Of a DNA stretch of 64,000 nucleotides, positions 46,906 through 57,275 are shown one piece after another. The position numbers were made by a program, and so were the translations under genes. The stretch spans positions 24,279 through 88,278 of the forward strand of contig CAZQWS010000001.1 in NCBI GenBank assembly GCA_964597355.1, read 5' to 3'. Under the pieces are notes generated by a model. That model was not told where the DNA came from. It ran no database searches and worked only from the letters and a program-made list of their open reading frames with translations. The stretch comes from an uncultured Bdellovibrionales bacterium (GTDB lineage: Bacteria; Patescibacteriota; Minisyncoccia; Moranbacterales; UBA1568). The number at the start of each line of letters is the position of its first letter. Position 1 is the first letter of the stretch.

Positions 46906-47268
46906 ATGAACCTTTATCACGACATTATTCTCGATCACTATCGCAATCCTCACAATTATGGAGGGATAAAAAAAGCTACCCATACGGGCGATGCCAAAAA
47001 TCCCACTTGTGGCGATAGTCTTCACATGGACATCTTCGTTACGAATGATACAATTGTGGATGTAGGTTTCACCGGGGCCGGCTGTGCTATTTCGCAAGCC
47101 TCGGCCTCACTCCTCACTGAATCCATCAAAGGAAAGACGGTGTCTGAGGCACTTCACCTCACTCCAGATGATGTTCTCAAGCTTCTAGGTGTCACTCTCT
47201 CTCCTAATCGGCTCAAGTGTGGACTTCTCTCTCTCGAAACCCTTAAGCAAACGCTAATCAATAAATAA
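46906..47268 (+). CDS. sufU: SufU/IscU-like scaffold
   Basis: IILDHYRNPHN, NPTCGD, GCAISQASAS, RLKC. Confidence 0.93.
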   Translation: MNLYHDIILDHYRNPHNYGGIKKATHTGDAKNPTCGDSLHMDIFVTNDTIVDVGFTGAGCAISQASASLLTESIKGKTVSEALHLTPDDVLKLLGVTLSPNRLKCGLLSLETLKQTLINK

Positions 47269-47272
47269 GCCT

Positions 47273-47542
47273 ATGTCGTGGAAAGATGAATCTAAACCAG
47301 CCGGTCCTATCACCCTCAAGAATGGATGGACGGTCGAAGTCGATCATGTCGCTTGTATCGGCTCTGCCCCTTGTACCGCCATGGCCCCCAACACCTTTGC
47401 TCTCGAAGAAAATGGCAAAGCTTCTATCCTCTCCACGGTAGACGCTGACGACCAGGAAACTATCCTCAACGCCGCTCGTGCCTGCCCCGTTGCTGCGATC
47501 CATATCAAGGACGCCACCGGCAAGCAGATATTTCCTGAGTAA
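47273..47542 (+). CDS. Ferredoxin (single cluster, CxxxxxC...CP)
   Basis: CIGSAPCTAMAP...AARACPVAAI; the second Cys is replaced, as in 3Fe-4S types. Confidence 0.88.
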   Translation: MSWKDESKPAGPITLKNGWTVEVDHVACIGSAPCTAMAPNTFALEENGKASILSTVDADDQETILNAARACPVAAIHIKDATGKQIFPE

Positions 47543-47678
47543 CAGAAGTTAGCATTTTGATGATAGGCGTTAGAAAAACTTGAAAAATAAACAAAAAGCT
47601 TTCTCTTATCCGGAAAGCTTTTTGTTCCAAAAATCAAAAGCCTATCCTCTATCGTCCAACAGCTATTATCTAAAAACC

Positions 47679-47990
47679 ATGTCTCAACTCTCTCTCAAAA
47701 ATCAAGTTATCGAAAAGCTCAAGCTCGTGCTTGATCCAGAGCTTGGCGTCTCGATTGTCGATTTGGGACTTATTTACAAAGTAACCGTATCAAAAGAAGG
47801 GATTTGCCATATCGACATGACACTCACTACTATCGGCTGCCCTCTCTTTGGTCAAATCCAAAAAGAGATCGAGGACCGGGTGATGGAAATTGAAGCTATC
47901 GAAGATGTTGAGGTCAAACTCACCTTTGATCCGCCATGGGATACTTCTAAAATGACCGAGGAAGCCAAAATCCAACTTGGTTTGGATTAG
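47679..47990 (+). CDS. sufT: SufT/DUF59 metal-sulfur cluster protein
   Basis: DPELGVSIVDLGLIY, MTLTTIGCP, FDPPW. Confidence 0.93.
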   Translation: MSQLSLKNQVIEKLKLVLDPELGVSIVDLGLIYKVTVSKEGICHIDMTLTTIGCPLFGQIQKEIEDRVMEIEAIEDVEVKLTFDPPWDTSKMTEEAKIQLGLD

Positions 47991-48127
47991 GTTTATCTCA
48001 CTGCTCCGCTTAGCGAAGTACGTTAGAACCTATTTTATGAGGAAGAGTGCGTTCATACCAATATCTTAAAAAAGAAAAAACGCCGTACCCGTAGGTCGTG
48101 CGTATTGACGTAAGAGCAGCCTCTTAG

Positions 48128-48409
48128 TTAGGTTGATTCAATCCCCCGCAGATCAGGGAAACAGATTGGACAGAATATCCGATCAGTAGGAGCGCTGATG
48201 AGCTCATTGCTCGTCCTGGTAAGCTTGATATGTTGTGCCGGCATCCCCCAATCTTGGCCAAAGACTCCACAAACAGCTCTGTATTCCTCAGATGCATTGT
48301 CTGTTGGCGTCCAGCCCTTTTCAATCAGGGCTACTTTGTGTATCACACATGGGCACTCTTCCTCAAGCGGCGCGTTGGTCTTCCACATGAAATCACCGAT
48401 ATCTGACAT
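48128..48409 (-). CDS. Hypothetical Cys-containing small protein
   Basis: AAGGA-type SD before MSDIGDF; CPC and CPIC motifs. Confidence 0.5.
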   Translation of the reverse strand: MSDIGDFMWKTNAPLEEECPCVIHKVALIEKGWTPTDNASEEYRAVCGVFGQDWGMPAQHIKLTRTSNELISAPTDRIFCPICFPDLRGIEST

Positions 48410-48441
48410 AATGTCTTCCTTGGTAAAGGTTACGAGAACTT

Positions 48442-48699
48442 TTAAGAGATTGACTCGTGCGATCCTGGTGGCCCATCGCAGAATGGACACTTGTTGCGAA
48501 GCCTGCTGCTTTCCCAATCAGCTTCAGTAAAGTTTTCGTAGTCAGTGATTGTTTCGCGATCGATCAGACCACAGATTGGACAGACGAGCGAGTACTCATC
48601 AATCTCCTGATACCCAGGTCCGACATCCCGGTCATAACACTTGAGGGCTCCACCACACTTGGGGCAAGGAGAAGCTGAAGTGAGGATAGTCGTTGTCAT
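48442..48699 (-). CDS. Hypothetical zinc-ribbon-like protein
   Basis: GGAG SD; CPKC, CPIC and CPFC motifs. Confidence 0.55.
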   Translation of the reverse strand: MTTTILTSASPCPKCGGALKCYDRDVGPGYQEIDEYSLVCPICGLIDRETITDYENFTEADWESSRLRNKCPFCDGPPGSHESIS

Positions 48700-48878
48700 A
48701 CGGTTTCTCCAATATAGCCTCCTGGATCTGCCAGGCCAGAGAGTGACTAAAAAATTCTTATTTGGTAAAGAACATTATATTATCCTCTTCTTGGGATTTT
48801 TGTAAATAGGTATAAAAAATCCCTTAAGTAATGGGAAATATACCACTTAGAAGCAAAGCTTTCAAGTAAAAAGTTCAA

Positions 48879-49733
48879 TTACTGATACTGCTCAATCAAA
48901 TTTTTGAGCTTCTCTTTATCCAATTTCCTTGTATACAGCGGTTCAACCCCTGTACGGACCAGGGTTCCATAGGTAGGCCGGCCGGTTTCTTGGTAAATGA
49001 CACCAATGGCAAGCTTGGAATAATCAAGGGCAACTTCGAAGGCTTTGGCTTTATTCGCTCGATCATGTTTTTCATCAAGGTAATAGGTATTCGCTTTGAA
49101 CCATTGGTAGGTGTTTTGTTTATTGAAGACGACACAGGGCTGGAAGAGATCTACCAAGGCGTACCCCTTATGTTGGATAGCTTCCTTTACTATTTCCTTG
49201 GCCTGCATAATGTCCCCCGCGAAAGCTCGCGCCACAAAGGTCGCGCCACAAGAAAGTGCCACCGCCAGTGGATTAAATGGTTCAAGTACGACGCCGTTTA
49301 CCTGTACCGGGGTTTGCATACCCTTTTCACTGGTCGGTGATGCTTGACCCTTGGTGAGGCCATAGACCATGTTGTTGTGTACGATGCTCGTGATATCAGG
49401 ATTGCGTCGAATAGTGTGCAAGAAATGATTGCCACCCTCACCATAGGTACATCCATCACCTGATTCTTCAAGCACGGTAAGATGTGGATTGGCAGTTTTG
49501 ATAGCAATAGCAGGCGGCAATGCCCGGCCATGGAGACCGTTGAAATAATGCACGCGGAGGTAATGCGGCGCTTTGGCCGCCTGACCAATCCCTGAGCAAA
49601 TCACCGCTTCAGTCGGAGGAATATCAAGCTCGGCGAGAGCTGCTTTCATGATATTCAAGATAGGGAAATTCCCACAGCCAGGACACCAGGCGATATCGGT
49701 CTTATGCGGCATGTCGTATACTCGCTTATCCAT
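48879..49733 (-). CDS. korB: 2-oxoacid:ferredoxin oxidoreductase beta subunit
   Basis: [21 protein letters not shown]...[19 protein letters not shown]. Confidence 0.95.
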   Translation of the reverse strand: MDKRVYDMPHKTDIAWCPGCGNFPILNIMKAALAELDIPPTEAVICSGIGQAAKAPHYLRVHYFNGLHGRALPPAIAIKTANPHLTVLEESGDGCTYGEGGNHFLHTIRRNPDITSIVHNNMVYGLTKGQASPTSEKGMQTPVQVNGVVLEPFNPLAVALSCGATFVARAFAGDIMQAKEIVKEAIQHKGYALVDLFQPCVVFNKQNTYQWFKANTYYLDEKHDRANKAKAFEVALDYSKLAIGVIYQETGRPTYGTLVRTGVEPLYTRKLDKEKLKNLIEQYQ

Positions 49734-49751
49734 AAGCTCTTTTCTAATATC

Positions 49752-51452
49752 TTAAATCTTTCGTAGCTTCGCTACGACTTCTTCCACTGAAAATGGATTA
49801 CCATCACATTTAAGAATGCGTTCTTTGACCGTAACGTCATATTCTTGCTCCAAGAGATTGGCAAATTGGCCACCGACATTATTCTCTAGCACCACGATCT
49901 CTTTGGTTTTCGGAAAAAACTTTTTCCCTTCCGGAGAAAGTGGGTAGACCTGAGAGAAATGCACGTGAGCAAAATATTCATCCTGCAAGATATCGAGAGC
50001 CTCCTCTACTACCCCCCGATTGGATCCCCAGGTAACAATAAGCGTCTTGGCTTTCTTGGCATCGCCCAAGACGATTGGTGGCAAGGCTACTTCACGCATG
50101 CCTTCAAGCTTCTTCAAACGCTTACCATGCTGCTCCATACGCACTACATGGCTTTCAGTAATATGAGCTTGTGTGTCATGTTCATCACTGTCTACCCCGA
50201 CGAGCCCGGTGCCCAAACCTGGAATGCCCCGTGGTGAAATCCCATCTTTGGCCAAAGCATAGCGTTCATAATCATCCTTGGTTTCAACGATATGCTGGGT
50301 AATGGGCAATGTTTGCAGAGCCTCTTTCTCTACGGTGCTAACACTGTCGAGAAAATATTGGTCCGTAAGCACCACTACAGGCACCTGGAAACGGTCGGCT
50401 ACTTCAAAAGCCTGTTGCATAACGAGGTAGGCCTCATCGAGCGTCCCAGGAGCAAAAATCGCTCGAGGAAATTCTCCGTGACCGGCATAGAGCGCGAGGT
50501 TGAGGTCCGCCTGTTCGGTGCGAGTAGGCAATCCAGTGGCTGGTCCTGGTCGCTGACCGATATGGACGACAATCGGAGTTTCAATCATACCCGAGAGGCT
50601 CATGCCTTCCGTCATAAGGTCAAAACCGCCGCCGGAAGTAGTTACTACCGCCCTCGCTCCTGCATACCACGCTCCGAGTCCTTGGTTGATCGCGGCAATT
50701 TCATCCTCTGCCTGGTCCACCACTACCCCAAACTCTTTCCCCTCTTTGGCAAGAAAAGTAAGGAGCCCTGTCCCAGGTGACATGGGATATGAAGAAATGT
50801 AGTTGCAACCAGCAGCCAGTGTCCCTAAACCAATGGCGTCAATTCCCTCCATCATGAGCGCTTCGGTATTTTCTTTCTTCCTCGGTACCGTAATTTCGAT
50901 TCCCTCGACAAAAGCAATGTGCCGGCCATGAGCATAGCCCATTTTGGCCGCTTGGATATTTTTTGCCACCACCTCTTCACCTTTCCTGGCAAAGTGTTCC
51001 TTGAGATAGGCATGAAATACTTCCTCCTCAGCCTGGAGCATCCCGAGCACCACTCCCACCGCTACTGTACTGGTATAAATCGGATGACCGAGTTCATTGG
51101 CAAATTTCGTAAAAGGAATATCGACAACGCTGCATTCGGTTTCACACACTTTGGCCTTCTCGCCAATAATGACGGTATTTTTGCTGATCCGGTGTTCGAG
51201 GTGTGGCACCACGTCTTTGTCCATGGCAAACAAAAGATCGATCCGATCCACAAATGACCGGCGCTTTTTGTTGGTAAGACGGATTTCTGTTGAGTTGGAG
51301 CCACCCCGAATACGCGACATGTACTCCTTGGAAGCAAACACAAAATACCCCTCTTTCTTGAGGATTTGGACGAGCAGTGTCTCGACGGTTTGTACGCCTT
51401 GACCCGCTGCTCCACCTAACACAATAGAAATATCTCCCGAAAATCGATGCAT
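49752..51452 (-). CDS. korA: 2-oxoacid:ferredoxin oxidoreductase alpha subunit
   Basis: GGAAGQGV, SRIRGG, YPMSP, QAEDEIAA, TTSGGGF, QRPGPATGLPT, DSDEH. Confidence 0.95.
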   Translation of the reverse strand: MHRFSGDISIVLGGAAGQGVQTVETLLVQILKKEGYFVFASKEYMSRIRGGSNSTEIRLTNKKRRSFVDRIDLLFAMDKDVVPHLEHRISKNTVIIGEKAKVCETECSVVDIPFTKFANELGHPIYTSTVAVGVVLGMLQAEEEVFHAYLKEHFARKGEEVVAKNIQAAKMGYAHGRHIAFVEGIEITVPRKKENTEALMMEGIDAIGLGTLAAGCNYISSYPMSPGTGLLTFLAKEGKEFGVVVDQAEDEIAAINQGLGAWYAGARAVVTTSGGGFDLMTEGMSLSGMIETPIVVHIGQRPGPATGLPTRTEQADLNLALYAGHGEFPRAIFAPGTLDEAYLVMQQAFEVADRFQVPVVVLTDQYFLDSVSTVEKEALQTLPITQHIVETKDDYERYALAKDGISPRGIPGLGTGLVGVDSDEHDTQAHITESHVVRMEQHGKRLKKLEGMREVALPPIVLGDAKKAKTLIVTWGSNRGVVEEALDILQDEYFAHVHFSQVYPLSPEGKKFFPKTKEIVVLENNVGGQFANLLEQEYDVTVKERILKCDGNPFSVEEVVAKLRKI

Positions 51453-51499
51453 GTTTTTGTTCTCTTTTGATTTGTCTTTAGTATACCACCGGAACCGAG

Positions 51500-51706
51500 C
51501 TATGCTTCCAATTCTTTCTTCACTACCTTGAATTCATTTTCCACTTCTTTGAGCCGCGCTTTACTCGCTTTGAGAAGTCCTACCCCTTCTTTAACTTTTT
51601 CGAGCGCCTTTTCGACATCAATTTCGTCCTGACTTTCAAACCAAGTGGTGATAGCTTCCAGTTTTTTGAGGGATTCGCCGAGTGACATTTCTTTTTCCTT
51701 TGGCAT
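51500..51706 (-). CDS. xseB: Exodeoxyribonuclease VII small subunit
   Basis: LKKLEAITTWFES...DVEKALEKVKEG; downstream of xseA. Confidence 0.88.
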   Translation of the reverse strand: MPKEKEMSLGESLKKLEAITTWFESQDEIDVEKALEKVKEGVGLLKASKARLKEVENEFKVVKKELEA

Positions 51707-51861
51707 ACCTTTTATTCCATTAAACTTAATATACGATTACTTTTATATGAAGCCGCTTTCAAGAGAACAAGCATGGTTTTTCTTAAGAAAGAAAATTGTG
51801 AGCTTGAAAAGAGTGAATTACTCGCTGGACGGAATGAACGAGCTGAATGTAAAAGTAATCG

Positions 51862-53400
51862 TTACCCCACCACCTTCCTTACTTCCCCTTCTATTCTACC
51901 AGACCCAAGCTCTATATCGATACACTCCCCTACCCGAACAAGAGAAGCCTGGCGAAGGAGCTTCCCATTTTTTCTCACCAAACTGTACCCTAACTGGAGC
52001 ACTCGGGTTGGATTATATTGTTCCATTTTTTCCGTAGCGGTAGTAAGAAGAGACGTGGTCCGGTCCAATGCGCCTGCATACTGGAGTTCCCACATGGAAA
52101 AGTATTGCTCCAGTTTCTCTTCCAAATTCCGTATATATTCTGGCACCAGCACCAGTTTTTCCTCAAAATGTTTTTGGGTATTTTCCACCCGTTCGAGAAT
52201 AGTGTTCAATCCTTCACGCAGACTTTCTCCTCGAGTTTCGAGCGTACGCCCTGCATCAGCCACCAACTTTTCAGTCAGATTTTCAAGGAAAAGTTTTTCT
52301 CGATTGAGCCTGAGTCTTGCTTCGTCCCATCCTTGGGACAAATACTTGGCCGTAGCGGTAGGAGTCGAAACCATCATATCTGCCGCCAAAGCTGCAAGAG
52401 AAACATCTCGTTCGTGGCCAATACCAGCCAAAACAGGAATCTCGGAAGCGCGTACTGAGCGCACCAACGCCTCAGTATTGAATGCCTGGAGACTTTCAAG
52501 ACTCCCTCCTCCACGGACGATCACCAAAACATCATACCGCTCAGGATGCTCGTTAAAATATTCAATAGCTTTGATAATTTCAAATACCGCGCGTTTCCCC
52601 TCAACCAAAGTTGGGTAGAGCTGTACCTGAAATCCTACTCGAGTAAGGTTCATGGTGAAGTCACCGAGAGCCGCTCCTTCTTGGGAGGTAATGATGGCGA
52701 TGCGTTCAGGAAATTTCGGGAGTGACCGTTTATTCTCGGGAGCAAATACCCCAGATCCTTCGAGTTTTTTGTACAACTCATCATACGCTTTCTTGAGCGC
52801 CCCTTCACCAGCGTACTCGATCGACTCCACGCGAAAACTGAGTCGTCCCGAAGGCTTATAGATATCAGGTGCTCCTTCGATGATAATCTCATCCCCCAGA
52901 GCAATCTTCACTCCTGCCACATCGTACTGATACCGGAAGATAAGGCAGTTCAAGACACTTTCGTCCTCGTTGTCTTTTAGAGAAAAGTAGACTACTCGTT
53001 CACGGACATCGACACTGGTCACCTCCCCCTTGATTCGAGCCGCCATGCCAGAGAGCTCCACATTTAATCCATCAAGAAACCGTGACACCGAAAGTGGCTC
53101 GTTCTGAGGGGAATGAGGCACACTCACTATTCCGGTCGATTCAACCAATACTGTCTCTTCTCCTTCTGCGTTTTCCAACACGGCTTTGACGAGATCCAAC
53201 ACGGCTTTCCCATACTGACGGCTTTTCGCTTCTTTGATCCCCTTCACCATGCACAGTTCTGCGACCGTACAAGGTTTAAGAAAAGCAATTGCCTCAAGCG
53301 TAGCGTTCGGGAAAACCCTATATCCTTCCACTCCCTGACGGCGAGCTGTTTCATCACGCCAGGCACGCAATTTTCCCAATAAGAGCGCTTCGGTACTCAT
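51862..53400 (-). CDS. xseA: Exodeoxyribonuclease VII large subunit with N-terminal HRDC domain
   Basis: LRAWRDETARRQGVEGYRVFPNATL (HRDC); OB fold YFSLKD; RGGGSLESL, GIGHERD, TPTA, RVLQLGYS. Confidence 0.93.
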   Translation of the reverse strand: MSTEALLLGKLRAWRDETARRQGVEGYRVFPNATLEAIAFLKPCTVAELCMVKGIKEAKSRQYGKAVLDLVKAVLENAEGEETVLVESTGIVSVPHSPQNEPLSVSRFLDGLNVELSGMAARIKGEVTSVDVRERVVYFSLKDNEDESVLNCLIFRYQYDVAGVKIALGDEIIIEGAPDIYKPSGRLSFRVESIEYAGEGALKKAYDELYKKLEGSGVFAPENKRSLPKFPERIAIITSQEGAALGDFTMNLTRVGFQVQLYPTLVEGKRAVFEIIKAIEYFNEHPERYDVLVIVRGGGSLESLQAFNTEALVRSVRASEIPVLAGIGHERDVSLAALAADMMVSTPTATAKYLSQGWDEARLRLNREKLFLENLTEKLVADAGRTLETRGESLREGLNTILERVENTQKHFEEKLVLVPEYIRNLEEKLEQYFSMWELQYAGALDRTTSLLTTATEKMEQYNPTRVLQLGYSLVRKNGKLLRQASLVRVGECIDIELGSGRIEGEVRKVVG

Positions 53401-53816
53401 ATATTTTGTAATCGTTCAAGCCAGCGGGGACGCCAGACACTCAGCAAAATTCCCATGAGCATCGCCCCAGCAGCATCAATCAGAGCATCGGAAAACTTCG
53501 CTCCCCGACCAAAAACAAAAGACTGGTGAATTTCATCAGCAAGACCGTATGTGCAAGTAAAAAGAAACGCTACCAACATAACCTTTTCTCGTCTCTCATG
53601 TGGAAAAAACACACGGAAAAATAGACTACTGAGACCCATGAGCATAGCGTACTCTACGACATGAGCGGACTTTCGTTCGAGTACATACCACAAGGGTGGC
53701 TGCCAATTACCGCCTGATCCTGGTTGATGCGAAAAGGCAAAGATCACTCCCATCCAGGTCAAGAGCGCGCTTCCAAATAGTAGTCGTTTCACAACCAGAT
53801 TCACAACGCTCAACAT
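53397..53816 (-). CDS. VanZ-family membrane protein
   Basis: WMGVIFAFS, RKSAHVVEY, DEIHQSFVFGR. Confidence 0.88.
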   Translation of the reverse strand: MLSVVNLVVKRLLFGSALLTWMGVIFAFSHQPGSGGNWQPPLWYVLERKSAHVVEYAMLMGLSSLFFRVFFPHERREKVMLVAFLFTCTYGLADEIHQSFVFGRGAKFSDALIDAAGAMLMGILLSVWRPRWLERLQNI

Positions 53817-53932
53817 TACTTATCAGACCGACTACGAAGTTCCTTCATCAACACAAAAAAGGCGTAAAACGGCAACCATAACCAAACAGTCTTTTTAAGA
53901 AATCCATCAAGACTCGCATTGAGGTTTGCCAT
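53816..53932 (-). CDS. Small membrane protein (38 aa)
   Basis: Manual translation MANLNASLDGFLKKTVWLWLPFYAFFVLMKELRSRSDK*; TAATG coupling to the vanZ-like gene. Confidence 0.6.
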   Translation of the reverse strand: MANLNASLDGFLKKTVWLWLPFYAFFVLMKELRSRSDK

Positions 53933-53950
53933 ATACTTCCCCTTAGATGA

Positions 53951-54649
53951 TTACTTACTTCTTATCTCGTACACTACATCCTTTTTCTCTACGACGATAC
54001 GCCAACCCTCATTTTCTGCCATCGCCTTAAGATTCTGATTCGGATTGAAAGCAATTGGATATGTCACTAATTTAAGGAAGCTGCTATCCGACTCTGTATC
54101 TCCAATACCATACGAACTTTCAAGAGTCAGTCCATGCTCATAGACATACTGTTTGACGACATCTGCTTTGTTGAGCGAAGGTTCAAACTCCGCTCTCCCC
54201 GTATAAATCCCCTCTCCATCTTGTTCATAGATACTCCCAAAAACATGGTCGAAATGGAGGTAATGATTATTGTACTCCTCTACAATCTCCTGAGGCGAAC
54301 CCGAGACAGCCAGGAAATGATACCCCTGCTCTCGAAGATTCTTGATAAGTTCTTCGGCAAAAATATAGGTGCGTTTGGCCTGAAACGGGACCACAATTTT
54401 GGCGGCCCTCTTTACCTCCTCCTTAGACACCCCCTTGATATGCTTAGCATACATATCTACCAGTGCCTTACGATAATCCTCATAGGTCCCCTCATGCTGA
54501 AGCCAGTTTGTATAAACCTCAGTCAATTTTCGTCGCACTTCTGGAGAAAAAATCTTGAGCCATGCGAGTTCATTAATAAGCTCAAAGTGAAGATTCTTGC
54601 GAAAAATAGTCCCGTCAATATCAAACACGGCGATTTTCTGGTCTTTCAT
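53951..54649 (-). CDS. HAD-IB family hydrolase
   Basis: AVFDIDGT, VSGS, YGIGDTESD, AFNPN. Confidence 0.9.
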   Translation of the reverse strand: MKDQKIAVFDIDGTIFRKNLHFELINELAWLKIFSPEVRRKLTEVYTNWLQHEGTYEDYRKALVDMYAKHIKGVSKEEVKRAAKIVVPFQAKRTYIFAEELIKNLREQGYHFLAVSGSPQEIVEEYNNHYLHFDHVFGSIYEQDGEGIYTGRAEFEPSLNKADVVKQYVYEHGLTLESSYGIGDTESDSSFLKLVTYPIAFNPNQNLKAMAENEGWRIVVEKKDVVYEIRSK

Positions 54650-54694
54650 ATCTTAATATGTCTTGGGATTTTAATATTCTCTTCAACTTTCTTC

Positions 54695-55201
54695 TCACTT
54701 CTTTTTCCTCACTTTCATACTCTCCATTGTAGCTGACAAGTGGTACAAGGCAATACCGGTTGCTACCGATACATTAAGCGAATTCTTTTCCCCACGCATC
54801 GGGAGCTCAATCACCTCATCCACTACTGCCAAAGTTTTTGGAGCAATACCTTCCACTTCATTCCCAACCACTAGCACCACTTTTCCTTCCTTTACTGGTT
54901 GCCACTGCCGATAGTCGATACTCTTCGCGGATTGCTCCAATGCTAGCATTGTATATCCTTCTTTTTTCAAGCGCTTCAGAAGCGGTATCAAGCTTTTGAC
55001 GGATTGCCACGGCAAAGTTTTCTCGGCTCCTAAGGCTGTTTTTCGAATCGTCTTTTCTGCATCACTCAGGTACAACTCTTTCTTGGCTGGTTGTGGGGTA
55101 ATGCCTACGAGGTACAGTTTCTCCACCCCTGCCCCATCAGCCGTACGAAAGATCGCTCCGACATTGTGAGCACTCCGGATATTGTCGAGAATAAGAATCA
55201 T
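54695..55201 (-). CDS. TrmH/SpoU-family RNA methyltransferase
   Basis: LDNIRSAHNVGAIFRTAD, VGNEVEG, LPMRGEKNSLNVSVA. Confidence 0.93.
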   Translation of the reverse strand: MILILDNIRSAHNVGAIFRTADGAGVEKLYLVGITPQPAKKELYLSDAEKTIRKTALGAEKTLPWQSVKSLIPLLKRLKKEGYTMLALEQSAKSIDYRQWQPVKEGKVVLVVGNEVEGIAPKTLAVVDEVIELPMRGEKNSLNVSVATGIALYHLSATMESMKVRKKK

Positions 55202-56220
55202 GGATATTGTCGAAATAATTCCTCCCCCTTTTCCCAAACAGCTGGATGGTCTTTTTTGGTTTTCAGCCAATACCACCATTCCCCACCCCAGAGGTAGATA
55301 TCTTGGAAACCGACACGACGCGCATAGGTCACGTGTTCCTCAAGTAAGCGTTCATTCATTGAGATAAATTGTTCCTCGAGTGAGACATTAGCCACCCAAC
55401 CACTGGCCCACGGTTCAGCCTGAAGCTCTATCACGATAAAGTTTTTTTGTTGGGTGACGAGACGAACCAGAAGTTCTTTTGCCCGAAAGAAGTTTGGCCC
55501 AACAGGATAGGTGAAGTATCCCCAACCACCTTTGTATATCGTCCGGTACATGGTCGTTCCAAAAATATCACCCCGTTTGGCAGCCCGAGTCCAAATAGAA
55601 AGTTCGCCACTATCGGTCAGGAGGACGGGCCGGCTCGGGTCAAGTGACTTCACGAGCGCTACTTCTTCCTCGAGAAACTCGACATCCAGCGGTGGGCACT
55701 CACCAAAGAATACCAGAAACGGTTCATTTTCCACTTGCCAAGTAGTAATCACCTGGCGGTCCTTGTAACGATTGACCGTCTCTGTCATAAATTTCCGAAG
55801 AGCCGCCTGGCGTTCGCTATCGCTTTTTTCTTTGGCCCAGCCTGGAATATGGCATTCCGGCCAGCGCGGCACCCTTTGCCCGATAGAGAGGATAATCTCG
55901 GCCCCCACTTTTTCGGCTTCAGCAATCTGCCAATCGAGATCAGCGTAGTCGCGCATTCCTTGCTCACGCTCGACCAAATCCCAATAGACTGGAAGGCGCA
56001 ATTTTTTGACGCCGAGTTCATGGAGATGAGCAAGATAGGCTTCCTTCCAATCCAGTCCAAGATCGGTAGCATAGCGCAAAGAAAACGTCATGCCGAGGTG
56101 CACATCCTCTCGAGGAGCGGGGCCAGGCAAGTTGAAATAGCCAAACAGAATGCCAATAAAAAGTAATATCGAAAAAAGCGTAATGCCTATAAATTTAGCC
56201 ACCCCCTTCCAAGTATGCAT
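55198..56220 (-). CDS. Membrane-anchored glycoside hydrolase (clan GH-A-like)
   Basis: RLPVYW, PRWPECH, WQVENEP (acid/base), IELQAEPW (nucleophile), LWGGEWW. Confidence 0.75.
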   Translation of the reverse strand: MHTWKGVAKFIGITLFSILLFIGILFGYFNLPGPAPREDVHLGMTFSLRYATDLGLDWKEAYLAHLHELGVKKLRLPVYWDLVEREQGMRDYADLDWQIAEAEKVGAEIILSIGQRVPRWPECHIPGWAKEKSDSERQAALRKFMTETVNRYKDRQVITTWQVENEPFLVFFGECPPLDVEFLEEEVALVKSLDPSRPVLLTDSGELSIWTRAAKRGDIFGTTMYRTIYKGGWGYFTYPVGPNFFRAKELLVRLVTQQKNFIVIELQAEPWASGWVANVSLEEQFISMNERLLEEHVTYARRVGFQDIYLWGGEWWYWLKTKKDHPAVWEKGEELFRQYP

Positions 56221-56225
56221 ATCTA

Positions 56226-57164
56226 CTAGAGGAAAAGGAAATTAACCCCCGAGTGCACCGCGAGCCACATCCCGAGGGCAATAAGGATAACCGCTACTGC
56301 CTTTTGCGCCCAATCCCAGAAGAGAAGCTTTTCTTCAAAAATATGGGGGAAATAAAAAGAAAGTGGCAGGGCTAAAAGAAGAACGAAAGCATACTGGACT
56401 CCATTCAAAGCCTGAATAAATGTAATCGGCCCAAGATAGGCCGCATAGGTGAGGAGGAACGTAGCTACTGCACCGAACACTTTGTTCATAATAAACAATG
56501 AACCCGTAATAAAGTTCTCCTTGTTGGTTTCGGTCATAGCATGAGCACTCTCGAGAATGGCTGCTCGGTATTCAGGGATGAAGAAGAGCGAGAAACCACC
56601 AATGACAAATCCGAGCCGCGACCATACCAGTCCATTGATAAAGTCCGCATTGCGGTAACCAGTCTTGAGGAAAATAAGCGAAAGAGCCATGAGAGCTCCT
56701 GCGAGAAGCGTTGACTTCATGAGGGCATCATTGGGTTTCAATGGGAGGTCAAAGGCAATGAGAAAGGCCCCACCAAGTAGAAGGAAGAGTGAGAAAAAGT
56801 TGAGGGGTGAAAAAGAAATATTGGCTGCGGGACCAAAGGCGAGCGATGCTACCCCCGCGATGACAGAAATCGTGATACCAACTAGAGGCGCCACCCGAGA
56901 AATTTCACTGCGCTTCACGGCATTGTAAAAAGCCACGAGGCCATAGAGGAAAAGCACCCCCGAGATGACAAACACGACGATGGTTTGCCAGGGAATGATC
57001 TGCACCCCAAAAGGTACGAACATGATCGCAAACAGGGACAAGATAGCCACATAGAAAGCATAAACACACGGCTCTTTAATCCGTCCCGACAACAAAAACT
57101 TATCAAAAATTGACGTGACGGCATTGAAAAAGTAACCGCCCAGCGTATATGCTATCCAACCCAT
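56226..57164 (-). CDS. EamA/DMT-like membrane protein
   Basis: About 10 TM in two repeats; FDKFLL, EISRVAP. Confidence 0.75.
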   Translation of the reverse strand: MGWIAYTLGGYFFNAVTSIFDKFLLSGRIKEPCVYAFYVAILSLFAIMFVPFGVQIIPWQTIVVFVISGVLFLYGLVAFYNAVKRSEISRVAPLVGITISVIAGVASLAFGPAANISFSPLNFFSLFLLLGGAFLIAFDLPLKPNDALMKSTLLAGALMALSLIFLKTGYRNADFINGLVWSRLGFVIGGFSLFFIPEYRAAILESAHAMTETNKENFITGSLFIMNKVFGAVATFLLTYAAYLGPITFIQALNGVQYAFVLLLALPLSFYFPHIFEEKLLFWDWAQKAVAVILIALGMWLAVHSGVNFLFL

Positions 57165-57275
57165 GGAAAAGTGTTATTTCTTTTTCAGTATATCATCAAA
57201 AATAGTTCCTGAATAAATTCTTACCCAGCAAAAAACTCACCCTACAGAAGGGTAAGTTTTTTAGGAAAGACAAGA

